Positions 63,470-64,000 of a stretch of DNA of 64,000 nucleotides are shown piece by piece (position 1 is the first letter of the stretch; every line of letters starts with the position of its first letter). The DNA comes from Phoronis australis (lineage: Eukaryota > Animalia > Phoronida). The translations under genes were made by a program, and so were the position numbers. The notes under the pieces were generated by a model. The model saw only the letters and a program-made list of their open reading frames with translations. It searched no databases and was not told the origin of the DNA. The DNA lies in the NCBI GenBank assembly GCA_002633005.1, contig NMRA01000235.1:48127-112126 (forward strand). The letters are read 5' to 3'.

Positions 63470-64000
63470 TTATGCGCCCACATATTTATATGTGGACGCA
63501 TTATGCCGTCATCTCTGTCCGTCCGTCCGTCCGTCCGTCCGTCCGTCCGGGCGGCGTCCGTCCGGCGTCCGGCGTCCGCTGCTCTATCTCCAAAACCCTT
63601 TGACATACGTTCATGAAATTTGGCACATATGTTCCATTCATGAATGGGACGGCATGTGCGAACTTTCGGACGGATCCGACTACCGACTATGTAGAGGACG
63701 GTTGACGATGATTTTCCGACGATTTCGACTACTGTGGCGCCTCCTAGTGGCAGTTTTTTTTTTTTGCGCCTATGGCTGTATCTCCTAAACCGTTCGCAGG
63801 ATCTTTACGAAATTCTGTAAGTATATTTATATGATGTTAACAACAGAAGATGACGACTTTTGGACGGATCCGACTACCGGTGTGCCCCCTAGTGGCAATT
63901 TTATTTTTTTTACGCTTACCTTTGTATCTTCACAAGTCCTTATTGGATTTTCATGAAATTTGGTATGTAGGCACCTATTAGTGAGATGACGCTATCCTCC
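63470..64000 (+). mobile_element. Helentron/HINE (DINE-1-like) element, truncated by the window end
   Basis: 5' hairpin ATGCGCCCACATAT-T-TATATGTGGACGCAT, (CCGT)n microsatellite at ~63519-63548, then tandem core repeats containing ggacggatccgactaccg and cctagtggca. Confidence 0.6.

Overview
AT-rich, intron- and repeat-rich eukaryotic (invertebrate animal-like) genomic DNA, not prokaryotic; most ORFs in the supplied track are spurious. Three host genes are supported. (1) A minus-strand WSC-domain exon near the start, with a degenerate second WSC exon. (2) A dimethylglycine dehydrogenase (DMGDH) gene with 15 visible coding exons at 22790-40258 (+); its first exon was not located. (3) An LRR-ROC-COR (Roco, MFHAS1-like) gene from about 55.7 kb (+) whose downstream exons splice in frame to a classical NLS and a FAM111-type trypsin-like serine protease and run off the window end. 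The LRR part of this gene is a tandem array of 135-bp units with variation concentrated on exposed beta-strand positions, plus a 32-aa island. This candidate nuclear sensor-GTPase-protease is the most interesting object here. The rest is mobile DNA: a Penelope-like retroelement with inverted termini, two further elements with hammerhead-ribozyme-like cores (one behind a tRNA-like head), Academ/hAT/THAP/LINE relics, several MITE families (some with clear TSDs and nesting), and minisatellites including a 1.2-kb array of 40-bp hairpin units. All calls were made by eye; no database search was run.
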